Part shown: piece after piece, positions 26,388 through 35,840 of the stretch
Layout: every line of letters starts with the position of its first letter
Position numbering within the stretch: the first letter of the stretch is position 1
Source: an uncultured Victivallales bacterium
GTDB taxonomy: Bacteria > Verrucomicrobiota > Kiritimatiellia > UBA8416
Reading direction: 5' to 3'
Assembly: GCA_964583785.1 (NCBI GenBank)
Contig: CAZOXS010000227.1
Coordinates: 1-53,311 of the forward strand
DNA: 53,311 bases
Translations under genes and position numbers: made by a program
The notes under the pieces: generated by a model
The model's database searches: none
The model's input: only the letters and a program-made list of their open reading frames with translations
Told to the model about the DNA's origin: nothing

Positions 26388-26783
26388 CTATTTGATCTCG
26401 ACAACAGCACCAGCGGCTTCAAGCTGGGCCTTCATCTCTTCGGCTTCCTTCTTCGAGACGCCTTCCTTGACCGTCTTCGGCGCACCTTCAACCAGATCCT
26501 TCGAATCCTTCAGGCCCAGACCCGTGATCGCACGGACTTCCTTGATGACGCCGATCTTCTTGTCGCCGGCATCCTTGAGGATCACGTCGAACTCGGTCTT
26601 CTCCTCGACCTCTTCCGCCGGACCCGCCGCCGGACCCGCCGCCATCATCGCCATCGGGGCCGCCGCCGTCACGCCCAGGCGCTCCTCGAGTGCCTTGACG
26701 AGCTTGGAAAGCTCCAGCACGCTGATGCCCTCGATCCAATCGATAAATTCCGCCATCTTGCCTTCAACTACGATATCCGACAT
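26388..26783 (-). CDS. rplL: 50S ribosomal protein L7/L12
   Basis: Contains [14 protein letters not shown], an Ala/Pro hinge, and [28 protein letters not shown]. The ATG at 26783 is preceded by AGGAG. Confidence 0.96.
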   Translation of the reverse strand: MSDIVVEGKMAEFIDWIEGISVLELSKLVKALEERLGVTAAAPMAMMAAGPAAGPAEEVEEKTEFDVILKDAGDKKIGVIKEVRAITGLGLKDSKDLVEGAPKTVKEGVSKKEAEEMKAQLEAAGAVVEIK

Positions 26784-26810
26784 AACCGTTCTCCTTTTTT
26801 GCACCGTCAA

Positions 26811-27332
26811 TCAGGCGGCGTTTTTCTTTTTCTCTTCAATGGCTGCTAACACATACACCAGGCTCGACACCTTTGCGTTCATGACGCCAACCAATTGCGT
26901 CATCGGTGCCTGCACGGTACCAACAAGCTGACCCAGCAGAACCTCGCGCGGCGGCACAGTGGCCATCGCCTCGATATCGGCAGCAGTCAGCAACTGGGTG
27001 TTGAGGCTTCCACCCTTTAAAACCGGCATCTTGTTCTCTTTGATGAAGGAGGCCAGCACCTTGGCCACCGCCGTCACATCACCCGTCCCTGTCACCATGG
27101 CCGTCTTGCCCGTCAGCACAGACGCGAGCTTGGCGCGACGCTCCTCGCCCAGCACCACACCCAGGTATGTGTTCTTCACGACCGTAAGGTGCGCATCGGC
27201 TTCGGCCAGCTTCTCGCGCAGGCCGGTGAACGTAGACACCTTCATACCGCTGAAATCGGCCAGCAGCAGATACTCCGAACCCGAAACCGCTTCCGCGATC
27301 TCTTTTACAATTGCTTCTTTTTCAGGTCTCAT
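26811..27332 (-). CDS. rplJ: 50S ribosomal protein L10
   Basis: 173 aa. Located upstream of rplL. GGAG precedes the ATG. Confidence 0.94.
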   Translation of the reverse strand: MRPEKEAIVKEIAEAVSGSEYLLLADFSGMKVSTFTGLREKLAEADAHLTVVKNTYLGVVLGEERRAKLASVLTGKTAMVTGTGDVTAVAKVLASFIKENKMPVLKGGSLNTQLLTAADIEAMATVPPREVLLGQLVGTVQAPMTQLVGVMNAKVSSLVYVLAAIEEKKKNAA

Positions 27333-27349
27333 TGAAATTCTCCGCTGCT

Positions 27350-28033
27350 CTAGTCTCTGACATTCACGCGCAGACCAACCCCCATCGTGGAGGCGATCGA
27401 ACAGGTCTTGATGTAAATACCCTTGGCACCCGACGGCTTAGCCGACCGCACCGAGCTGATGATGCTCGTGATATTCTCCACCAGCTTGTCGGCGTCAAAC
27501 GAGAGTTTGCCCGCCGGGGCATTGATATTGCCGTTCTTGTCCATGCGGAACTCAACCCGGCCACCCTTGGCCGCCTGCACTGCGGCCGCCGTGTCATCGC
27601 TGACCGTGCCGGTCTTGGGATTCGGCATCAACCCGCGCGGTCCCAGCACGCGGCCCAGCTTGCGCACCTCCAGCATCGCCTCGGGCGTCGCGATCGCCAC
27701 GTCGAAATCGGTGAAGCCAGCCTTGACCTTCTCGATCATGTCCTCGTTGCCGACAAATTCGGCACCGGCCGCACGCGCGGCATCCGCCGCCGCCCCGGCC
27801 GCGAAAACAAGCACCCGAACGTTTTTGCCCGTGCCATGCGGCAAGGAACAGGTGCTGCGGATCGCGTTTTCCGATTTCTTCGGGTCGATACCCATCTTGA
27901 AACAGAGCTCAACCGTCTCGTCGAACGAGGCCGCCGGATTCTCCTTGAGAAACGCAACCGCCTCCGATAATTCCATCACGGCCTTCGGCGCCTTCGCCTT
28001 GATCCCGCGATATTTCTTGCCATGCTTGGGCAT
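27350..28033 (-). CDS. rplA: 50S ribosomal protein L1
   Basis: MPKHGKKYRG...; contains GPRGLMPNPKTGTV. Confidence 0.97.
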   Translation of the reverse strand: MPKHGKKYRGIKAKAPKAVMELSEAVAFLKENPAASFDETVELCFKMGIDPKKSENAIRSTCSLPHGTGKNVRVLVFAAGAAADAARAAGAEFVGNEDMIEKVKAGFTDFDVAIATPEAMLEVRKLGRVLGPRGLMPNPKTGTVSDDTAAAVQAAKGGRVEFRMDKNGNINAPAGKLSFDADKLVENITSIISSVRSAKPSGAKGIYIKTCSIASTMGVGLRVNVRD

Positions 28034-28150
28034 GCTCTTACCTTCCTGCTAGTGAGGTCTTCACGACTTTGCCGAAAACCCCGGTCAACGTCCACCTGTC
28101 ACAAAAAGCCGCACTCACGGCCCCGCCGGCGGACTCCCGTCCAGAAAAAA

Positions 28151-28576
28151 TCAGCCGCTGATCTCGATCCCCATGCTGCGGGCGGTACCCTCGATGATCC
28201 GCATCCCCGCCTCTTCATCGTTGGCGTTGATGTCCGCCATTTTGGTACGCACGATCTCCAACACTTGCTCGCGCGTCACCGTGCCGACCTTGTCGCGATG
28301 CGGCACAGCGGACCCCTTGGCCAGCCCGGCCGCCCGCTTCAGCAGCGAGGCCGCCGGTGGGCTCTTGGTGATGAAGGTGAAGGAGCGGTCCGCGTAGACC
28401 GAGATCACAACCGGGATCACCAGCCCCGCCTTTTCCTGGGTGCGTGCGTTGAATGTCTTGCAGAATTCCATGATGTTCACACCATGCTGACCGAGCGCAG
28501 GCCCCACTGGCGGTGCCGGATTGGCCGCCCCCGCCGGAATCTGCAACTTGATCTGACCGATGACTTTCTTTGCCAT
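28151..28576 (-). CDS. rplK: 50S ribosomal protein L11
   Basis: [40 protein letters not shown]. Confidence 0.98.
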   Translation of the reverse strand: MAKKVIGQIKLQIPAGAANPAPPVGPALGQHGVNIMEFCKTFNARTQEKAGLVIPVVISVYADRSFTFITKSPPAASLLKRAAGLAKGSAVPHRDKVGTVTREQVLEIVRTKMADINANDEEAGMRIIEGTARSMGIEISG

Positions 28577-28635
28577 CTTTCTCCTCGCTCTCTGTTATCG
28601 TTAATAAGGGCCCGCAGCATCAACGCCGGCAGTGC

Positions 28636-29184
28636 CTACACGTGCTCAACCTGCCAGTATTCCAGTTCCACCGGCGCGGACCGCCCGAAAATCGCGACCG
28701 AGACCTTCAGCTTGCCGCGGCCCGGATCAACCTCTTCCACCACCCCGTTGAAGTTGAGGAAGGGACCATCCGTGATCTTGATCGTCTCGCCTGCCTCGAA
28801 GGCGACTTTCGGGGCGACCTTTTCCCTCTTCTCTTCGACCTGATTCAGGATACTGTCAACTTCCGACGGCATCAACGGCACCGGTTTCTCGCCGCCGACA
28901 AAGCCGATCACGCCGGTCGTCTCCTTGATGAAGGTCCAGGCACGCTCGATCATGTTGCGCTCATCATCATAGAGCGCCATGTTCACCAGCACATAACCGG
29001 GAAAGAACTTGCGCGTCGTCGTCGTCTTCACCCCGCGACGGACCTCCGAGACCTTCTCGGTCGGGATAATGACTTCCCCGAGCAGATCCCCGACCTCTTC
29101 CAGCTGGAGACGCCGCTTGATGCCTTCCTGCACCTTGGCTTCCTGCCCCGTGAGCGTGTGTATCACAAACCACTGCTTATTCAT
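28636..29184 (-). CDS. nusG: Transcription termination/antitermination factor NusG
   Basis: WFVIHTLTGQEAKV (NGN domain), FPGYVLV, and a C-terminal KOW motif (GETIKITDGPF). Confidence 0.96.
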   Translation of the reverse strand: MNKQWFVIHTLTGQEAKVQEGIKRRLQLEEVGDLLGEVIIPTEKVSEVRRGVKTTTTRKFFPGYVLVNMALYDDERNMIERAWTFIKETTGVIGFVGGEKPVPLMPSEVDSILNQVEEKREKVAPKVAFEAGETIKITDGPFLNFNGVVEEVDPGRGKLKVSVAIFGRSAPVELEYWQVEHV

Positions 29185-29195
29185 GTTCGCCTCTT

Positions 29196-29468
29196 TTAGC
29201 CTTGCGGCACCAATAACCGCAGAAAAACAGCCACGATCTTATCACTGAGACCAACATAAATCCCCAGCGCGAAGACACCGGCAATGACAATCACCGTATG
29301 CATCACCAACGTCCGCCGGTCCGGCCATGTCGAGCGTTTGACTTCCAGGACCGTTTCCTCGACAAACCGCGTAATGCGCTTGAGTAACGGCTTTTCCGTA
29401 GATATCTCGTTTTTCAAATCGAACCACCCTTCACAACCCAAGTCTCCCGCCAGGCGTTTCATTATCAT
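29196..29468 (-). CDS. secE: Preprotein translocase subunit SecE
   Basis: Contains ETVLEVKRSTWPDRRTL followed by a single TM helix. Start at ATG 29468 (or 29462). The track ORF to 29576 would read through tRNA-Trp. Confidence 0.85.
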   Translation of the reverse strand: MIMKRLAGDLGCEGWFDLKNEISTEKPLLKRITRFVEETVLEVKRSTWPDRRTLVMHTVIVIAGVFALGIYVGLSDKIVAVFLRLLVPQG

Positions 29469-29474
29469 ACCGCC

Positions 29475-29551
29475 TGGCAGGCCAGGAGGGAATCGAACCC
29501 CCAACCCCCGGTTTTGGAGACCGGTGCTCTGCCAAATTGAGCTACTGGCCT
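29475..29551 (-). tRNA. tRNA-Trp (anticodon CCA), CCA end encoded
   Basis: Hand-folded cloverleaf: acceptor AGGCCAG/CTGGCCT, anticodon stem CCGGT/ACCGG, loop CUCCAAA, T-loop TTCGATT. Confidence 0.93.
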
Positions 29552-29579
29552 GTAACGTCGGCAAATCGACTGGCAACCC

Positions 29580-29732
29580 CTACTTGATCTCGCGATGCGG
29601 GGTCCGTTTCTTATCAAATCGGCAGAACTTGACCAGCTCCAGGCGTCCCGGTGTATTGGTCTTGTTCTTCGTCGTCGTGTAGTTGCGCCGCTTGCATTCC
29701 GTGCAGGCTAACGTGATCAGTTCTCTCGGCAT
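29580..29732 (-). CDS. rpmG: 50S ribosomal protein L33
   Basis: Hand translation gives [50 protein letters not shown]. It is not in the ORF track. Confidence 0.93.
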   Translation of the reverse strand: MPRELITLACTECKRRNYTTTKNKTNTPGRLELVKFCRFDKKRTPHREIK

Positions 29733-29760
29733 CGCATACCACCCCGGTATTGACAGTACA

Positions 29761-29791
29761 GCCCCGCCGCAGTGTTCTCATGCGGCGGGGC
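29761..29791 (-). other. GC-rich stem-loop between tuf and rpmG (attenuator or processing signal?)
   Basis: GCCCCGCCGCA (29761-29771) and TGCGGCGGGGC (29781-29791) form a perfect 11-bp stem with a 9-nt loop. No U-tract follows on the minus strand. Confidence 0.45.
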
Positions 29792-29816
29792 ATATAACAT
29801 CAAGGATTTCTTATAC

Positions 29817-31025
<1,209 letters not shown>

Positions 31026-31117
31026 GATGTCTCCTCCGTTATCCTTACCTTGTTTTGCGATACCTGCGCTTAACGCGACCTGTGTTTGTTCCTGTCCTCG
31101 TCAATAATCCCAGCATT

Positions 31118-31193
31118 TGGAGCCCATGAGCGGGATCGAACCGCTGACCTCGTCCTTACCAAGGACGTGCTCTGCCAACTGAGCTACATGGGC
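31118..31193 (-). tRNA. tRNA-Thr (anticodon GGT), CCA end encoded
   Basis: Cloverleaf: acceptor GCCCATG/CATGGGC, D arm GCTC-AGTTGGCA-GAGC, anticodon stem CGTCC/GGACG with loop TTGGTAA, T arm AGCGG-TTCGATC-CCGCT. Confidence 0.94.
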
Positions 31194-31339
31194 CTCGATC
31201 CCGAATCCGCCGGCAACAAACAACAAGACCGCAGTGCGTCCGTTCACTCCGGCAGCACTCCGTCCTGCATGATTTGCGACCCCGCCCCCCTGATCTCGCC
31301 TTACCCAAACCTGAAACTTTATGAAAAAATGCGACCACT

Positions 31340-31367
31340 AACCTACCATCGGATTTTCAACTGTCAA
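31340..31367 (-). promoter_or_regulatory. Candidate promoter for tRNA-Thr/tuf
   Basis: The minus strand reads TTGACA (31367-31362), a 16-nt spacer, then TAGGTT (31345-31340). The surroundings are AT-rich. Confidence 0.3.
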
Positions 31368-31403
31368 CATCTTTTTCATCTTTTGTCGCTCTTTTTTTTC
31401 GCC

Positions 31404-32675
31404 CTATCCGCGGCTGATGGCGGCGGCCACCGCGTTGCCGAAGGCGCTGCAGGCCACCTCGGTCGCCCCATCCATCTGCCGGGCGAAGTCGTAGGTGACG
31501 GTTTTCTGGCCAATCGTGCGGTTCATGCCCTCGAGCACGAGGTCCGCTGCCTCGTGCCAGCCCATGAATCGAAGCATCATTTCACCAGACAGAATCAACG
31601 AGCCGGGGTTGGCCTTGTCTTGGTTCACCAAATCCGGTGCCGTACCATGCGTCGCCTCAAAAATAGCAATGCCGCTGTCGTAATTGATGTTGGCACCGGG
31701 AGAGATCCCAATGCCTCCCACGCAGGCCGCTAGCGCATCTGAAATATAGTCACCATTCAAATTCATCGTCGCGATGACATCAAAATCGGCGGGGCTGATT
31801 AAGATCTGTTGCAGGAAGGCATCGGCAATCATATCCTTGATGATCAGCTCGCGCCCGCCCGGCAGCCCCTTGATCACATGCCAGGGCCCGCCGTCGAGTG
31901 GTGCGGCCCCGAAATACTTCACCGCCGTCGCGTAGCCCCAATCCCGGAACGCGCCCTCGGTGAACTTCATGATGTTACCCTTGTGGACAATCGTCAGCGA
32001 CGGTCGCCCATTCTCGATGGCATACTCGAGCGCCGCCTTGACCAGCCGCTCGGTTCCCTCGCGCGAGGCGGTCTTGATCCCGATCCCGCTGGTCTCGGGG
32101 AAGCGGATCTTCGTGACCCCCATCTCCCGTAGCAGGAACGCGATGACCTGTTTCGCCCCCTCGCTGCCGCTTTCCCACTCGATGCCGGCATAGATATCCT
32201 CGGAATTCTCGCGGAAGATGACCATATCGGTCAGATCCGGCCGCTTGACCGGCGAGGGGACCCCCTCGAACCAGCGCACGGGCCGCAGGCAGACGTACAG
32301 GTCCAGTTCCTGGCGCAACGCCACGTTCAGCGAGCGGATACCGCCGCCGACCGGTGTGGTCAACGGTCCCTTGATCGAGACCAGGTACGTGCGGATCGCC
32401 TCCAGTGTCTCCGTCGGTAGCCAGACATTGTCACCGTAGGTCGCCACGGCCTTCTCGCCGGCATAGACCTCCATCCACTCGATGCGACGCTTACCACCAT
32501 AAGCCTTCTCGACCGCTGCGTTCCAGACGATCATCGCCGCCGCCGTGATGTCTGCCCCGATGCCATCCCCTTCGATGTAAGGGATAACCGGGAAATCCGG
32601 CACCTGTAGCTTCCCATCCACCATCGTGATCGCCCGACCCGCCGCCGGAACCTTGATCTTCTCGTATGTCGCCAT
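31404..32675 (-). CDS. icd: NADP-dependent isocitrate dehydrogenase (homodimeric type)
   Basis: Contains [33 protein letters not shown] and [10 protein letters not shown]. The ATG at 32675 is preceded by AGGAG. Confidence 0.95.
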   Translation of the reverse strand: MATYEKIKVPAAGRAITMVDGKLQVPDFPVIPYIEGDGIGADITAAAMIVWNAAVEKAYGGKRRIEWMEVYAGEKAVATYGDNVWLPTETLEAIRTYLVSIKGPLTTPVGGGIRSLNVALRQELDLYVCLRPVRWFEGVPSPVKRPDLTDMVIFRENSEDIYAGIEWESGSEGAKQVIAFLLREMGVTKIRFPETSGIGIKTASREGTERLVKAALEYAIENGRPSLTIVHKGNIMKFTEGAFRDWGYATAVKYFGAAPLDGGPWHVIKGLPGGRELIIKDMIADAFLQQILISPADFDVIATMNLNGDYISDALAACVGGIGISPGANINYDSGIAIFEATHGTAPDLVNQDKANPGSLILSGEMMLRFMGWHEAADLVLEGMNRTIGQKTVTYDFARQMDGATEVACSAFGNAVAAAISRG

Positions 32676-32760
32676 TTTCTCTCCTTGCACCTACCTATAA
32701 CTTGGCCATTTTGTCTCTCTTTGGACACTACTATTGCCTGCCTATTTCGGATTACGAGAT

Positions 32761-32817
32761 CGGCGACGAGAACGGGTTACGATTCAAATGCCAACTCGTT
32801 TGCCGTTCTCGTCGCCG
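32761..32817. repeat. Perfect 15-bp inverted repeat (hairpin, 27-nt loop)
   Basis: CGGCGACGAGAACGG (32761-32775) and CCGTTCTCGTCGCCG (32803-32817), followed by a direct re-iteration, CGTTCTCGT. Confidence 0.85.
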
Positions 32818-32836
32818 TTCTCGTTCACTGATCCCC

Positions 32837-32963
32837 TGTAGCCCACTCGCGCCGCGAGTGCGGCTGGCAGTGTTGTAAGCGAACGGTTGGCTGGCGCAAG
32901 CACAGTGATTTGCGTAACCACACGCGCATCCCGCTTCCTCAGTCGCGGCGCGACTGGGCTACA
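32837..32963. repeat. REPIN-like element copy 1 (two inverted GTAG-palindrome REPs, 127 nt)
   Basis: The 5' end is TGTAGCCCACTCGCGCCGCGAGTGCGG and the 3' end is CCTCAGTCGCGGCGCGACTGGGCTACA. A second copy of identical length lies at 49412-49538. Confidence 0.8.
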
Positions 32964-33053
32964 AATAAGTTACCCACCCGTTTTTGCCCACCCAGTGGGC
33001 GGTTGGCTTGCCAGTGACTTCATGCGCATTTTATTCGTTGTGTGCTTTTTTGG

Positions 33054-33749
33054 CTAAAACTCGACCGTGCAATCCGGCAACGCCGCCCGGATGCGCTCCT
33101 GCTCGTCTGCCGGTATCGGATTGCCGGTCAGCAGCAGGCTGCGCAGCAAGGCCAGCTCCCCGATCGCCGCCGGCAGGGCCGTCAGCCGGTTATCCCGCAG
33201 ATACAACCGCTCGAGCGACGCCAGTTGACAGACCGAATCCGGCAGCGCCGCGATCGCATTCCCGTTCAGGCGCAGCCACTTCAAAGCCGTCAGGTTGCCG
33301 ATCGTCGGCGGCAGCGCCGCCAGACGGTTGCGGTCGAGATTCAGGTAGCGCAGGGTGGCCAGCTCCCCGATGGCCACCGGCAGCTCCACCAGCGCGTTAT
33401 CCGCCAGATAAAGCGTGTGCAGCGCCTCGAGACGACTGACTGCCGGACCCAACGCTGTGACACCGGCATGTCCCAGATCCATCCAAGGCAGGGTGCTCAG
33501 CTCACCGATCTCCTCGCCGATCACGCCCAGCGTATTGCCGCGCAGCGAAAGGCGCGCCATATTCCCCAATCCACCGAGTCCGCCGGGCAATGCCGTCAGC
33601 CCTGCATTGGACAAATCCAGATGAAACGCCTCGCTTGCCTGCCGTGCATCCGCCATTGAACGGTAGATATCCAGCTGCGGCGGCGCCTCCTGCGGAAAAC
33701 ACCCGCCCAGCAGCCCACACACCATCGCCACCAAGAAAACTCTTGTCAT
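33054..33749 (-). CDS. Leucine-rich-repeat lipoprotein
   Basis: Signal peptide plus lipobox (LLGGC). About 7 tandem 23-aa LRRs (L..LP..IG.L..L..L.L..N.L). SD is GGAGGA. Confidence 0.85.
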   Translation of the reverse strand: MTRVFLVAMVCGLLGGCFPQEAPPQLDIYRSMADARQASEAFHLDLSNAGLTALPGGLGGLGNMARLSLRGNTLGVIGEEIGELSTLPWMDLGHAGVTALGPAVSRLEALHTLYLADNALVELPVAIGELATLRYLNLDRNRLAALPPTIGNLTALKWLRLNGNAIAALPDSVCQLASLERLYLRDNRLTALPAAIGELALLRSLLLTGNPIPADEQERIRAALPDCTVEF

Positions 33750-33818
33750 TCGACTTCCTCCCGTCTATAAAACTCGCGTTTAATATAAGCTTGAAATCAG
33801 ACAAGAGCAACCCTTAGT

Positions 33819-34550
33819 ATGGACGTTATGAAAAAAACACTGACCGCCGCTGTTGCCACCGCCACGATTCTGATCACCGCGTCCCCCCTGATTGCTGCGC
33901 CGGTCGGGCGTAGTAATGACGGCATGGACTACCTGTTCAAGGATCCAGTACTCTCACGCATTACCGCCGGCGTCTACGGCGGCGAGGCCAATCGCGAGAT
34001 CAAGTTCGAGAATTCACCGGTTGAAAGCGAGATGAATTCCACGCGTGTCACGGGGTATCTCGGTATCAGCCTACTCAAATGGTTGAACGTCTATGGAATG
34101 GCTGGCCAGAACACGGCCGAGATCCCGGGCATGGGCGAGGCCGATGGCGAAGCCATCTACGGCGGCGGCCTCAGCATCAACCTGCTGAACCACTTCCTGC
34201 GCGAGCCGATACCGATGGAAGACACCTTCCGCCTCAATCTCGGACTCCAGATCCTGAACACGGAGGCCAACTTCGGCAGCGAGACCCTCGAATGGGCTGA
34301 GTTTTCCGGGGCACTGACCCTCTCGATCATCAACCATACCACCGGCAACAAGGAATACACGCCCGAAAGTATTGCCCTCTACCTCGGACCGGCCTTCTCC
34401 TATATCCGCAGCGATGACTTCAGCGCCAAGAACGACACCGGCGTGGTGGGCGGCCTCGAGATTTTCTTCACGGATTCCTTCGCGATCGACTTCCGTGTTG
34501 AATACTTCGAGACGGCTAGCGGTTCCGCCGGTATCAACCTGCACTTCTAA
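33819..34550 (+). CDS. Outer-membrane beta-barrel protein (OmpW/porin-like small OMP)
   Basis: Signal peptide MKKTLTAAVATATILITASPLIAAP, alternating amphipathic strands, and a C-terminal ...GINLHF. Confidence 0.75.
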   Translation: MDVMKKTLTAAVATATILITASPLIAAPVGRSNDGMDYLFKDPVLSRITAGVYGGEANREIKFENSPVESEMNSTRVTGYLGISLLKWLNVYGMAGQNTAEIPGMGEADGEAIYGGGLSINLLNHFLREPIPMEDTFRLNLGLQILNTEANFGSETLEWAEFSGALTLSIINHTTGNKEYTPESIALYLGPAFSYIRSDDFSAKNDTGVVGGLEIFFTDSFAIDFRVEYFETASGSAGINLHF

Positions 34551-35791
34551 TGGCATGGTTATCTGAACTGCTCCTGCGGACCGTCACCGTCAATACGGTT
34601 ATCCTCCTCGCCGCCGTCATCGCCATCGGGGCGGCCTTCGGCAAACTGAAGGTGGCAGGGGTATCCTTCGGTGTCGGCGGGGTGATGTTCGCCGGACTGC
34701 TTTTCGGTCATTTGCAGCTTGGCACCGCCAACGGCGAGGTTCTCCATTTTGTCCGCGATCTCGGCCTGATGCTCTTCGTCTACACCATCGGCATCGAGAT
34801 CGGCCCGGTTTTCTTCGCCTCCTTCCGCCGGCACGGCCTGCGCCTGAACCTGCTCGCGACAGCGCTGGTCTTGCTGGGCTTCGGCTGCGCCGTGGGCATC
34901 TGGCTGGCGACCGGCATGCACATCGCCGCCATCGCCGGCATCATGTCCGGAGCAGTCACCAATACGCCCGGCCTGGCCGCTGCCCAGCAGGCACTGGAAG
35001 CCGTCTACCCCGGCCGGCCGGAGATTCTCGAACTTCCCGCCATGGCCTATGCCATCACCTACCCGTTTGGCATCCTCGGCGTGATTCTCACGATGACACT
35101 TGCCCGCCGCCTGCTGCGCATCAACCTCGCCTATGAACAGCAGGTGCATCGTGAAAAATTCAGCCACGCAACCGCCCCGAACCCCATCGGCTGCAGCATC
35201 CCCGCCGACGCAGGCGGAACCATGGAAACGCAACCGGCACATGCCGGTGTGGCGCCCCTCTTCCTGGGGATCGGCCTGGGGCTGGTTGTCGGCTCGATTC
35301 CCATCCCCATACCGGGCGTTCCGACGCCGCTGCGACTCGGTCTGGCTGGCGGACCGCTGCTGGTCGCGCTGGTCCTCGGTCGGATCCGACGGATCGGACC
35401 GATCAACTGGGAGATGCACCCCGGCACCAACCACACCGTGCGCGAAATCGGCATCAGCTTATTCCTGGCCGTGGTGGGGCTGACCGCTGGCGGACGGTTT
35501 GTCGAGACAATCACCACGGGCGAAGGCTGGCACTGGATGGCTGCCGGCGCGTTGATCACGCTCGCCCCGCCCGCGATCATCATCACGCTCGCTCGACTCT
35601 GGTTCAAGGAGAACTACCTGTCGATCTGCGGCCTGACCGCCGGCGCGATGACCGATCCGCCCGCCTTGGCGTTCGCCATCCAATCCGGCGGCTCCAACGC
35701 ACCCGCCCTAGTCTTCGCCACGGTCTACGCCACCGCCATGTTCCTGCGCATCCTCTGCGCCCAGCTCCTCGTCGTCCTTTTGGCCAACTGA
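34550..35791 (+). CDS. YidE/YbjL/AspT (AAE-family) transporter lacking the central RCK_C domains
   Basis: Two homologous halves: GLMLFVYTIGIEIGPVFF..GAVTNTPGL and GISLFLAVVGLTAGGRF..GAMTDPPALAF. They are joined by a linker of only about 40 aa. The TAATG overlaps the upstream OMP gene. Confidence 0.85.
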   Translation: MAWLSELLLRTVTVNTVILLAAVIAIGAAFGKLKVAGVSFGVGGVMFAGLLFGHLQLGTANGEVLHFVRDLGLMLFVYTIGIEIGPVFFASFRRHGLRLNLLATALVLLGFGCAVGIWLATGMHIAAIAGIMSGAVTNTPGLAAAQQALEAVYPGRPEILELPAMAYAITYPFGILGVILTMTLARRLLRINLAYEQQVHREKFSHATAPNPIGCSIPADAGGTMETQPAHAGVAPLFLGIGLGLVVGSIPIPIPGVPTPLRLGLAGGPLLVALVLGRIRRIGPINWEMHPGTNHTVREIGISLFLAVVGLTAGGRFVETITTGEGWHWMAAGALITLAPPAIIITLARLWFKENYLSICGLTAGAMTDPPALAFAIQSGGSNAPALVFATVYATAMFLRILCAQLLVVLLAN

Positions 35792-35840
35792 AAAGCCCGG
35801 CAACACAGCCGAGTTCCAGCACGGCGACCGAAGGGGTCTG

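Noticed and set aside
28034-28150. Possible L1-binding leader or attenuator in the 117-nt rplK-rplA spacer
   Set aside because: It contains a small hairpin (GCCG-TGAGTG-CGGC followed by T5). I could not recognise the L1 23S-mimic motif by eye. The evidence is too weak to report as a feature.
29469-29576. N-terminal 36 codons of the 126-aa secE track ORF
   Set aside because: This stretch is the tRNA-Trp gene read as protein. secE starts at the internal ATG (29468 or 29462).
31086-31733. 215-aa plus ORF and 31156-31338 minus ORF
   Set aside because: They overlap tRNA-Thr and the 3' end of icd, and have no coding features.
32984-33659. Plus-strand ORFs opposite the LRR gene (32984-33439, 33042-33659)
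   Set aside because: They are the mirror image of the periodic LRR coding repeats. Their Pro/Arg/Ala-rich composition indicates a shadow frame.
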